A stretch of 64,000 nucleotides of DNA from Ranitomeya imitator (Eukaryota): NCBI RefSeq assembly GCF_032444005.1, contig NC_091283.1, positions 162,254,001-162,318,000 on the forward strand, written 5' to 3'. The notes beneath the pieces were generated by a model. It did not search any database. It was not told the DNA's origin and saw only the letters and a list, made by a program, of their open reading frames with translations. Made by a program: the position numbers and the translations under genes. Numbering within the stretch: position 1 is the stretch's first letter; each line of letters begins with the position of its first letter. Below are positions 10,601 through 22,600 of this stretch, in pieces.

Positions 10601-13600
10601 GACGCGCCCCTATGTTTAACATGGGGGACGCGTGCGTTTTTTTTGTTGCGTTTTCCGACACGTGCGTCGTTTCCGACGCTAGCGTCGGACGCAAGAAAAT
10701 GCAACAAGTTGCATTTTTCGTGCGTCCGATTTTCGTCAAAAAACGACGCACGCGTCGCAAAACGCAGCGTTTTTGCATGCGTTTGCGCGCGTTTTTTTGT
10801 GCGTCGTGCGTTGCGTCGCCGTTGCGTCGCCGACGCACCGGCGCGCAACGCTAATGTGAACGTAGCCTAAGGAGAGAACTCTACTCCTGAGCCATACATG
10901 GCAGATATTGGGAAAGGGTTAATAACCATTACAGTACATATTATGCAATCTTCCAAAACTAGAACGTCACTCACCCGCTTCACTTCCACCTCGAAAACAA
11001 GGGTAGCGTTAGAGGGGATTCTGCCGGTCAGTCCCTGAGAACCATATCCAAGTGCTGGAGGGATGACCAGAAACCTTTTTCCTCCCTTCTTCATCCCCAG
11101 CATTCCTTCCTCCCAGCCCTGGACAACAAAAATAAATAAAAAAAAAAAAAATTAAAAAATAAGAAAAAGTGATCCATAGTGCTATAATATGGTCTTAAAG
11201 GGGCACTTCCACCTTAGAAATTTATAGCATATCTAGAAGACACACCATAATGCGAGATGGGTCCTTGCACCTATCTTTAGAGTGGGTGGCCAGGCAGAGA
11301 ATGAATAATATCTCCATTCACTTCTATGGTAGTCACAAGACATGACCAGCTGTTTCTGCAACTCCCATAGAAGTGAATGGAGATAGTCATCCAACTCTGC
11401 ATCAATTTTCCATCTGGATGTGACGGCTCGTTTTCTGGGTAAATATCACAACACATAACAATAGGTTTTGCTTTACGTTGACACCATCCTGTCCCAGTGC
11501 CTCAGTATTAACCATGTCGATCACTGGTCCCACGTCTTGCTGGCATCAGAAGCTATACATAGCTTTGCTCTATATGAGGAAATCACCTTAATCACCTTCC
11601 CGGAGCCCAGCTTCAGGCGCAGTAATTTGTCCTTCTGGACGTTGGAGTCGAACATCTGAAAATAAAAAACAAAAAGGAATGGAATGAGTAAATCCTGGGG
11701 AGGCACAGAGAGAGCGTGAGCCGCCTGCATACAGGCTGGTCAGACAGGAGCACAGCTGCACCAATGTTCCTAATGCGAGAGCTGCAGTTCCCCATGTGCT
11801 CAATAGAGGGTGCTTCTTTAGAAAAATTATGTAATTGCTTGCGCTATCATGATTGCGAGGAAGACATGATCAGTCACTGACTACTAGATACACTTCATGG
11901 TACCTGTCCGATCCCATGGTTCTGGAGTAACCAGCCAGTGTACGCCACTTCCATCAAGTCTCCAACATCTGCCGCTTGTCCATCACCGGGGAGGAGATCC
12001 TGGGAGACCACGGCATCAATGGATGGGGCACTGTTACACTTGGCAAGGCAGAGCTGTGATGGGCACGGAATGTTAGACACAACAAATACTTAACACAAGC
12101 ACACATACTGCACATATATATGGTTCACCTGTTTACTGAATTCCACTGCAGCCGCTTCAGACTCGAACATAACAGACCAGCTCTGCCGCTGCTCGTCATA
12201 GAAAGCTGCGTAATGATTAAGCTGAACCTGCAGCGATCAGAACACGCAGCATTAAAGGGGTTGTCCAGGACTTACCATTGGCTTTTAGATAGGTGATGAG
12301 TGGCAGATCCCCAATAAACATTCATACGCAGTGAGCCAAAGACAACAGCTCTGCACACCTTGTAGTGGCCGTTCTTGGTACTGCAGCTCAGATCACATTC
12401 ACTGTAATAGATGAGCTGCAGTACTGAGAACGGCCACTATGTGGTGTATGGTACTATTGTATCTTTCAAGTGTAAATAGGAATTATACCCAATGCCGGGC
12501 ACCAGGAAATGCAGCATGGCACATTGTGGACCATGTAAAAGGCATAACAATACATTAGAACAATAATACTGGGACCCCCGCCGTAACATCCCCTCAGGTC
12601 GCAAACCTCTAGATCTGAGGACATGGAGGATTAAGAAGTGAACAGCTGACTATTCATGGCAAGCGATGGATGGCTCTTCACCAGCACACTTCGTGGCTCG
12701 GTTACATCTCCATGTGAAGGTCTGTTGGAATCGCTGCCAGTTTCTAACAACCAGCATTGTTCTACGGGATCCGAGGAGGAGAGAACACATATTACCCCTG
12801 AGGATTTAGATCAGGTGTCCTGCACCACAACAGTGGACTTACTGTAAAGGCAAATCCCGGATGTATGCGGACAGTGGTGACCGGCTGCTGCTGGCTGATG
12901 TACAGCAGGATCCTGTACTACAGGACAAAGACAAAGCCAGAGGGTCAGAGAGCTGCACACGAAGCTCGCAGGACCTAACACTGCACCCCCACAGCTCCAC
13001 TCACCTCCTTACTAGCATGGTTCCCCAGGACAGCAGCACCGAACTTGCCCTGCTTCACATACTGGCCACTTACACTGTACAACAAAGACACCATTCCGAT
13101 CAAGTTTATCCATAAAGTGATAAATACCCCAGAGCTGCACTCACTATTCTGCTGGTGCAGTCACTGTGTACATACATTAAATTACTGATCGTGTACTGAT
13201 CCTGAGTTACATCCTGTATTATACTCCAGAGCTGCACTCACTATTCTGCTGGTGCAGTCACTGTGTACATACATTAAATTACTGATCGTGTACTGATCCT
13301 GAGTTACATCCTGTATTATACTCCAGAGCTGCACTCACTATTCTGCTGGTGCAGTCACTGTGTACATACATTACTGATCCTGAGTTACATCCTGTATTAT
13401 ACCCCAGAGCTGCACTCACTATTCTGCTGGTGCAGTCACTGTGTACATACATTACTGATCCGGAGTTACATCCTGTATTATACCCCAGAGCTGCACTCAC
13501 TATTCTGCTGGTACATACATTACTGATCCTATACTGATCTGGAGTTACATCCTGTATTATACCCCAGAGCTGCACTCACTATTCTGCTGGTGCAGTCACT

Positions 13601-16600
13601 GCGTGCATACATTACTGATCCGGAGTTACATCCTGTATTATACCCCAGAGCTGCACTCACTATTCTGCTGGTACATACATTACTGATCCGGAGTTACATC
13701 CTGTATTATACCCCAGAGCTGCACTCACTATTCTGCTGGTGCAGTCAATGTGTACATACTTTACATATGAATACTGTGTGCAGCTCTGGGGTATAATACA
13801 AGGTCAGTACTGTACAGATGTCCCCGTTGCATTATCTCCACACGTAGACAGTGGTGTTGATAGTTAGTGCTGTATATAAAGGACACTTACTACTTGTAGG
13901 CGTGGACGGCTGTAGCGTACAGGACGGAGGGGGCAGCACCAGGGGCTCCGGGCAGTTTGGGGGATTTTGTACCTGGAATGTGAATAAAGAGATATAAGCA
14001 CAATGCGGACAATATTTTCATACAGCCGCCTCCCTTCCTTTCCCGAGACCCCCGCCGGCTCCCACAATGGCTTCAAAGGTCTATTCCCCACCGCGAGCAA
14101 TCTGTGGCCCTATAGCCTCACCCGCTGGCACTGCGCCCTTCTTCGGCTGCTTTGGAGCGGTGTAGTGGAAGGATTCATTCCCCTGCACGCTGACATTCTG
14201 GTCCATTCCAAAGAGAGATGCCAACTTGGCCCTATGAAATATATGAAGACGGGATTACACACAGCACCCGTCCTTAAAACCTAAAATCTCTGCTTCTTGT
14301 CAGTGGATGATTACATTTAACCTGAAAAATAGCAAGATATTCCTCACAGCTGAAGGTTTGCAACAATTGTATCCATTCTAGAAAATACTTTGGAAGCTAA
14401 AAACCCCATGAGAAGCTCATATCAGGTCCCTGAACGTTTGCTACAAGGTGTCAGTCTGGAGCCCAAGCGAATACTGATGGACCGAACCCTCCACTGTGAC
14501 ACATTGGGTCAGGTTTACGAGTATGTAGGGAGGATCTCACTTCACTGACCCATGGATCTCGTGCCAGAAGTAGTCTATCTTCCATGGTTTAGGCGCACTC
14601 TCCTCCAGCTCTCCAGGACCCATTTCTATTTATGCAGACGGACATGAGCGTGTGAAATCTGCCACTTCTCCGTGAAATTCTTCCAAAGTCCAAGAAACCA
14701 CCGAGCAATCCGCATCCCCAGCCGCAAAGGAGCTTGTGGAGGCAGCAGGATGTCCGCCCCGAACGTCAGTAATACAGATCATCTGACACCAGTTTAGAAG
14801 CGCGGACACTGTTGTCCCCGTCACGTTCTCAATTCCCAAAATTCTCCTTAATTGCATTAAGGAGGTCACTCAAAAAACTTGTTTATGGACATAGAAGTAT
14901 CACGGGGCAGCCAATGTACCAATCATTAACAAGAACAACAAGAAAAAGCCACTAGGGGGCGGTGCTTCCATCAATGCCCCATATTCATCAATGGGAAAAC
15001 TACAGGGGGTGATGCTTATAAATTTACCCCATACACATAAGTGAATAACCAACCACTAGGGGTCCATGTTTCCATCACTACCACATACTCACAATCATCA
15101 ACCACTAGGGGGCGATGCTTCATCACTACCTCATATACATCAATGGGAAAACTACAGTGGGTGATGCTTCCATCACTGCCTCATATTCTTCAATGAATAA
15201 CCAACCACTAGGAGGTGACACTTACATCACTACCCCATACTATGTGAAGAATCAACCACTTGGAAATGATACTTCCATCATTGTCCCATATTAATCAAAG
15301 AGTAACTAGCCTCTAGAGGGCGATGCTTCCTTTACTGCCCCATATTCATCAATGAATAACCAACCACTAAGGGGTCATATTAATCACTGATATATCACAT
15401 TAATCATTGATAAGCAACCACTAGAGGGCGATGCTTCTATCACTTCCCCATATTCACAAATGGAAATCCAAACAAGTGGGCAGCAAAATCCTCTAAACTT
15501 ATGGAAGACATGCTGAGATTTGACAGCACTGCCAGGACTAATATTTCCACCAAAGACTCAGCAATAAAAATCAGTCTGCGCACCGAACATAGCAGGAGGT
15601 ACGCATTACTACATGTCTATGGAGCTTTTCCTTGGAACATTAGGTGACAACTAGAGCGGCCACTACTACTGACCCCACAAAGTTGTCACCCAGCTGTGTC
15701 AGGAGCCTGCGCCTACTGAAGTAGATTCACTGCCTCAGATCTCAGGAAGTCTCCCAGGATGGAGTGGCCCCCGAGCTGCTAAACATGGAGCGCAGCCACA
15801 TGACTGATCCGATCAGATGACACCCGCCACACAGCAGAACCACCGCTGCCACAAAGTTCTGCTTTATCAGTATCCTGCTTATCGGGGACACTTCCTCCTC
15901 GTAACCCGAACGCTGCATAGGAAATGTGATCTCACCGGGTATAGAAGGCAGTCTATTGTTCTCTGTTAGCAGCCATATCCAGCTGGGGAGGGGGTACAAT
16001 CTATTACTCACTGTTATCAGCTATTACTGGAGGAAAGCAACTGTAGGACAGATGACTACAATCTATTACTCTTATCAGCCATTATTGGAGATGTGACTAC
16101 AATCTATTACTCCCTGTTATCAGCCATTACTAGGGACAGGCGAGTGCAATTACTACCGGTTATCAGCCCAAACAAACACATAGGATGGCACCATCAACAA
16201 TTTTCATGCAATATAAAAAAAAAAAAAAAAAAAAAAAAAAGAAGTGATCAACCTGAGGCATGTCAAAAATAGAATTATTCTTACCGTTAATTCGGTTTCT
16301 AGGAGCCTTCCACGACAGCCACCAGGAGGTTGTCTCCATTCCCTAATGGGGGACAGGAAGCACAAGAGGTTAAAAACCCCTCCCACCTCCCATTAACCAG
16401 TGACTTACAACTGAACCCATAGCACCGGTTACCTTTAGGTTCTCAGAAAAATATCCAAGAACATCGGGAGGGAATTAATGCTGTCGTGGAAGGCTCCTAG
16501 AAACCGAATTAACGGTAAGAATAATTCTATTTTCTCTAGTAGCCTTCCACGACAGCCACCAGGAGGGATGCCAACCAATTCTGTATTTAGGGAGGGACCA

Positions 16601-19600
16601 CAGCTTGAAGAACCTTTCGGCCAAAAGCAAGATCCTGATTGGACCAGAAATCCAATCTATAATGTTTAGTAAATGTGTGTAGAGAAGACCATGTTGCTGC
16701 CCTGCAAATCTGCTCCGAAGAAGCGCCAGCCCTTTCAGCCCAAGAGACGGAAGTGGATCTGGTGGAATGAGCCTTTAGGCCCGCAGGAACAGCAATATTC
16801 TGATTTAGGTATGTTTCAGAAATGGCCTTTTTTATCCAGTTGGCAATGGTACTCTTCGCTACCTTCTTGCCTTTGTTTCTGCCAGAAAGATGAACGAAGA
16901 GATTTTTGTCAATTCTAAATAATTTAGTATAATCTAAGTAGTATAAAACTATACGTCGTACGTCCAAAGTATGGAATCTGTGTTCTTCCGGATTTGAAGG
17001 ATTGTGACAAAACGATGGGAGGACTATGTCCTGTGATCGATGGAATTCTGACACTACCTTCGGTAGGAAACAAGGATCTGGACGGAATACGATGGAGTCA
17101 TCTCTTATGGTAAGATAAGGCTCTCTAATTGAGAGAGCTTGTATTTCCCCCACTCTTCTTGCGGTAGAAATTGCAACCAAGAAGGCCGTCTTGCAGGACA
17201 GAAGATGCGAGGAACAAGATGATAGTTGCTCAAATGGAGGAGCCGTAAGACCCTTTAGAACTATGTTTAGGTCCCAGGATGGCACAAAAATTTGTTTTCT
17301 TGGACAATGTCTTGATGCCGCGACCATAAACCTCTTTATCCAACTTTGACCCGCAAGATCCTGATCGAAGACGGAACTCAAGGCTGATACTTGAACTTTC
17401 AAGGTACTTGGCTTCAGCCCTAATTCTAATCCCTTTTGTAAAAAATCTAATATTTGTGAAATATTAGGATGAAAAGGGTCAGGTTTATGAGGATGACACC
17501 ACGAGGAGAATCTTTTCCAGATTTTTCCATATATGGCATTAGTAATAGGTTTCCTAGATTTTTGTAGAGTAGAGATTACTGACTCTGAAAGGCCCTTAGC
17601 TCTTAGTACCTGGGCTTCAATAGCCAGGCTGCCAGTTTGAACTTCTGTGGCTCCGGGTGATAAAAGGGGCCCTAACAGAGAAGATCTTCTGATACCTGAA
17701 GAAAGACTGGACCGTCCACCTTTAATTCTTCGATGAGGTGGTACCAGCTCCTCTTCGGCCACGCTGGAGCTACTAGGATAGTCTGGACCTGATCGTCCCG
17801 GATCTTCCGGAGGGTCTTCGCCAGTAACGGTATTGGAGGGAACCCGTAAGCCAGATGGAACCTCCAAGTATGAGCAAAGGCGTCTACTCCCTGAGACCTG
17901 TCTTTGGGGTTTAGGGAGAAGTAGTTCTCGACCTGTGCATTCTGGCTGGACGCTAGAAGGTCTATATCGGGAAGACCCCACCTGTCTGTCAACATTTTGA
18001 AAGCGTCCGTCTTCAGGCTCCATTCTCCTGGATGCAAGTCGTGACGGCTTAGGCGATCTGCCTGGACGTTCACCGACCCCTTGAGGTGTAACGCTGAAAG
18101 TGAGAGGAGATGTTTCTCTGCCCAGCAAAATATCCTGTTTGATATTGCTTTTAGTTGGTTGAACTTTGGACTCCCCTGGTGTTTTAGATGCGCGACAGTC
18201 GTCATATTGTCCGAATAAATTCTGACATGTTGACCTATAATGAGACTGCTGGCTGCCAGAAGGGCCCTCTCCACTGCTAACAATTCTCTGAGGTTGGAGG
18301 AACTGGAGCTTTCTCTCTGATTCCAGTGACCCTGGAATGGGATTTGTGAGACCACTGCTCCCCAACCTTTTTGACTGGCGTCTGTTGTCACCGTAATTAG
18401 CGGATCTTGCACCCAGTCTACACCCTTCAGCAGGTTTGATTGGATCGACCACCAGGTTAACGAGGCCTTTACCTTCCCTGGAGTGTAAACTCTTCTGTTT
18501 AAGGAATTTGGATTCCCATTCCAGTTCCCTAAGATGTGCGCCTGCAGAACTCTGGAGTGGCTCTGAGCCCACTGGACTGATTGTATACAGGCCGTCATCG
18601 ATCCCAGAAGGGACATTGCAGTTCGTAAGGACGGAGAACGTTGTTTCCTGAAGTGTGAGACCTTGGAAATTAAATTTATCCGATGTTCCTCTGGTAAGAA
18701 GGACTTTTGACCTTCTGAATCCAGGAGGACTCCAAGGAATTTCCTCACCTTCGATGGTGACAGCCGAGATTTTTTCAGGTTTGGAATCCAACCCAACCCC
18801 TGTAAGATGTTCAGAGTTTTGGAAACTCTCTGATTGAGAACTTCGGCGGAAGGACCAATTATTAACAGGTCATCTAAGTACGGGACTATGGCGATGTCTT
18901 GGCTCCTGATATGGGCTACTGCTTCCGCCATGACTCTGGAGAACACCCTTGGGGCTGACGAGATCCCGAAGGGGAGAACATTGTACTGAAAATGTAAGAT
19001 CTTTTGGTTGAATTGAACCGCAAATCTCAGGTATTTCCTGTGGCAAGGATGTATTGGGATATGGAAATAGGCATCCTTGAGGTCTATTGTTGCCATATAT
19101 GAGTGAGGAGCTATTAGAGGGATGGCTGTTTTTACTGACTCCATCTTGAACTTGCGGTATGTTATGTATCTGTTGAGAGCCTTCAGATTTATTATAATCC
19201 GAGATTGTCCGGAAGGCTTTTTTACTATGAAGATACGGGAATAGTGACCTTCCCCCCGCTCGTTCACTGGGACCAAGGAAATAGCTCTTGAGTTTAGCAA
19301 ATCCTGAATTCCGGCCATCATCAACTTTTGAGTCTCCCGAGATGACAGGGAGGTGACTCTTACGATCCTGGGAGGAGGCGCATCGAACTCCATCAGCAGA
19401 CCCTGTTGGATAACACTCACCACCCAGGGGCTGTTGGAGATATTCTGCCAACTGTGGACAAAGTTCGAAAGCCTCCCCCCTACCGGATCGGAGTCATTGC
19501 TTCTCTTGTTGTGGTTGTTGGGGAATAAGGATGTTTTTAGGCTTCCCCTTAGCATAACTCCACCTTCCGGATTTTCCTTTCCCTCTACCCTGGGAGGGCT

Positions 19601-22600
19601 GGGGCTGGGAGGGCCGAAAAAACCGCTTCCTGGGAGGCTTCTGTTCAGGGAGGGTTTTCTTTCTGTCTGTGGCTTTCTCTAAGATATCATCTAAGGAGGG
19701 CCCAAACACATATTCACCCTTAAAGGGAATAGAACACAGTTTTATTTTTGACGTAACATCTCCGCTCCACATTTTTAACCAGAGAGCTCTTCTGGCTGAA
19801 TTTGTCTGGACCAAGGATCTGGCGGCCACACGGATAGATTCCAGTGAGGCGTCTGCAAGGAACCCCGTTGCTCTGTGCAAGATAGGCAAAGAGTCCAGTA
19901 CTTCTTCTCTTGGGGTACCCTGAGAAATGTGGCTTTCTAACTCTTCTATCCAACGGAAGAGCGAGCGGGCAACACATGTGGATGCTATATTGAACCGGAG
20001 GGCTGAGGTAGACGTTTCCCAGGATTTTTTGAGAAGACTCTCAATCTTCCTATCCAAGGGGTCTTTTAATTGGGAAGAATCCTCGAACGGCAGAGCCGTC
20101 TTTTTAGCCACTCTAGCCACTTGGACATCAATTTTTGGAATGTTCCATTTTATTGAGTCCTCGTCAAGAGGAAATCGGTGCTTAAAATCTGGAGGCGTTG
20201 TTAGCCGTTTCTCAGGTAATTCCCATTCATTATTAATCATATCAATTATGCTTTTATGGACGGGAAACCCGGGCTGCTTTTCAGTATGTATACCAAACAG
20301 CTCGTCTTGTATAGACTGAGGCACTGATTCCTCTTTTAGCCCCATAGTGTTCCTCACAGCCGATACCAAATCCTCAATATATTCTGAGGAAAAAAGGTAT
20401 TTTCTGATCTCCGCAGATTTATGGGGTAACGTGTCTTCCCACTTGACAGAGGAGGACGTATAGGACTCCTCAGACTCTGACTCAGAGTACTCCTGGATTT
20501 TCCTCTTTTTGGGGAGAGATGGACCAGGTGAGGCTGGTGGTGGCGGTGGAGGTGGGGCGAGTGTAGCCAAGGAGGTTTGCACCTCCTGCCTAACCAAGGA
20601 GCGGATTTCATCAATCAAGGAAGGGTGTTCCGCTCTGACGATTCCCAATCTGGTGGCATTTTCGCATTACAGGTAGCACATCTACGCTTGGGAATGTTTT
20701 TAGGGCCTGGCTTGACTCCCTGCAATGAGAGAGGAAGCCGTGTAAGAAAAGGTATATTATGTACCTTTAAATGGGACACCCTCTGCCGTACTTACTAGGG
20801 CCTGAGGAGCGCTGGGCTCTGCAGCTGCAGGGCAAGACGAGTCCATGCTTACAGCAGGCTTACCTGAGACGTCTTCGCAGCTTATATAGAAAATAAGTCT
20901 GCAACCAGCGTGTGCAATTAGCCGCCCCTCCCCCTCCTAAGTCCCAGGCAGGCGTGCGAGGATGCAGCGTGCCTCGCACGCCGTTCGGTAATCCATCGCT
21001 CTGGACTTGTGTCGCTCCTGTGCAGGAGCGCCGACCCGGAAGTGGAGCGCCGCTGACTTCCGGGTCGCCGAACAGCGCGCGCTGGAGGGGGAGACGCCGG
21101 AGAGCTCAGGGAGGTTCCGGGTGGGCTCACCGGCCAGCTTTGTCCCCGCGAGAGGACGCAGGAGGACCGGGAACGCGGTCCCAGAATCCGGAGGAGACGG
21201 GAGACACAAAGCAGGAGGAAGCCGCGGGGGACCCGACCATAAATGCCCGGCAAAAGATCTGATTCAGGTACTCTGCTAGAGCCGCCGCAGCAGCGCACCA
21301 GGAACCTCTCCATGCCCCATGGGGGACAGGAAAGACACTGGTTAATGGGAGGTGGGAGGGGTTTTTAACCTCTTGTGCTTCCTGTCCCCCATTAGGGAAT
21401 GGAGACAACCTCCTGGTGGCTGTCGTGGAAGGCTACTAGAGAAAAGTGTACTGTCAATTATGAGAGATAAGAACATGCCAAAGAATCAGGGACCACCATA
21501 TAAATAACAATTAGATATTATTTTCATTTTATTAACGTATACAAAGACACACCAAACCACACAAAATATAAAAACAATGTAATGAAGGTACGTCCATTCC
21601 GACAAATGGCCTAGACGACAAAAAAACTGCACCCAAAAATATCATGTACAAGTGTACCTCAAATAGACACGTAGATAATAATCAAAATATGCTGTTTGTT
21701 AATCAAAAACCAAGTGGACTTGAGAGTTACTACACAATTATTTGGCACGTTCTACAGCCCCAGAGTACCCTATTCCAAAAATGTCAGCAATATCCATGAT
21801 CCAAAAGTATTATTAATAACTGGGCTAAACAAGTATCTATATATGTTCTTCCTGATACGAATTGTAAAAAAAAAAAAAAAAAAGATACTATCAGACAAAA
21901 TACAGAACAGGCAGAACATATGAGCTGGAGCAGGGATAGAGAAGAGGAAGTAAGAGCCTGGTATACCAAGTATATGCAAACCCTCTAGATGGAGAAGGGG
22001 TGGTGAGATCCTGAACCAGTTGGTATGAGGCACCCCAGGCAGAGAAGGGTGCCACGATAATAATGCCACTGCAAAGGTCCACATGGAAATACCTATAGCT
22101 CAAGACCAGTTTGTTGGTGCTTTGCCAGGTGGGCCAAATGAACGTCCGACGCATGTCACCACTAGAGTGGCTTCTTCAGGGACTGGTATAATCCCTGTTA
22201 TCAGCCATTACTGGAAGAAGGCGACTGTAGGACACATGAATACAATCTATTACTCACTGTTATCAGCCATTACTGGAGGAAGGGGACTGTACTCATGTGT
22301 CCTAAAAATGTATTACTCTCTGTTATTGGCCATTACCAGGGACAGGTGACTGAAGGACAGGACAATACAATTACTCGCTTTTATAAGCCAATGTCACGTT
22401 GCCTGGATTACACTTATGCATCTTCTTACTGTATGAGGGAACTAATATTTATGAGATTTCCCGGTGATCATTAGTGGAGCCTAAAGCAAGTGAATGGGAC
22501 CTCTGTGTTCTGTCATCAGCTGGCAGTGCATCAATATGGGGTTATAATCGCTTCCTTGTAATGCCAATAGTAACCTCAGTTCTAATTTATAGGGAAGCTT

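Larger units (their letters stand above)
16266..21445 (-). mobile_element. Full-length DIRS1-like tyrosine-recombinase retrotransposon (element A) in FKBP15 intron 1
   Basis: Inverted terminal repeats (about 16297-16401 vs 21338-21445), a 3' terminal extension, and an internal complementary region at about 16478-16565 that joins the two termini head to tail. T-run ends with no TSD. Overlapping gag, RT/RH/MT and YR ORFs. Confidence 0.96.

Noticed and set aside
17640-18791. Long N-terminal extension of the YR ORF as a new protein domain
   Set aside because: Extensive YR/pol overlap is a standard DIRS1 feature and the peptide shows no recognisable motif.
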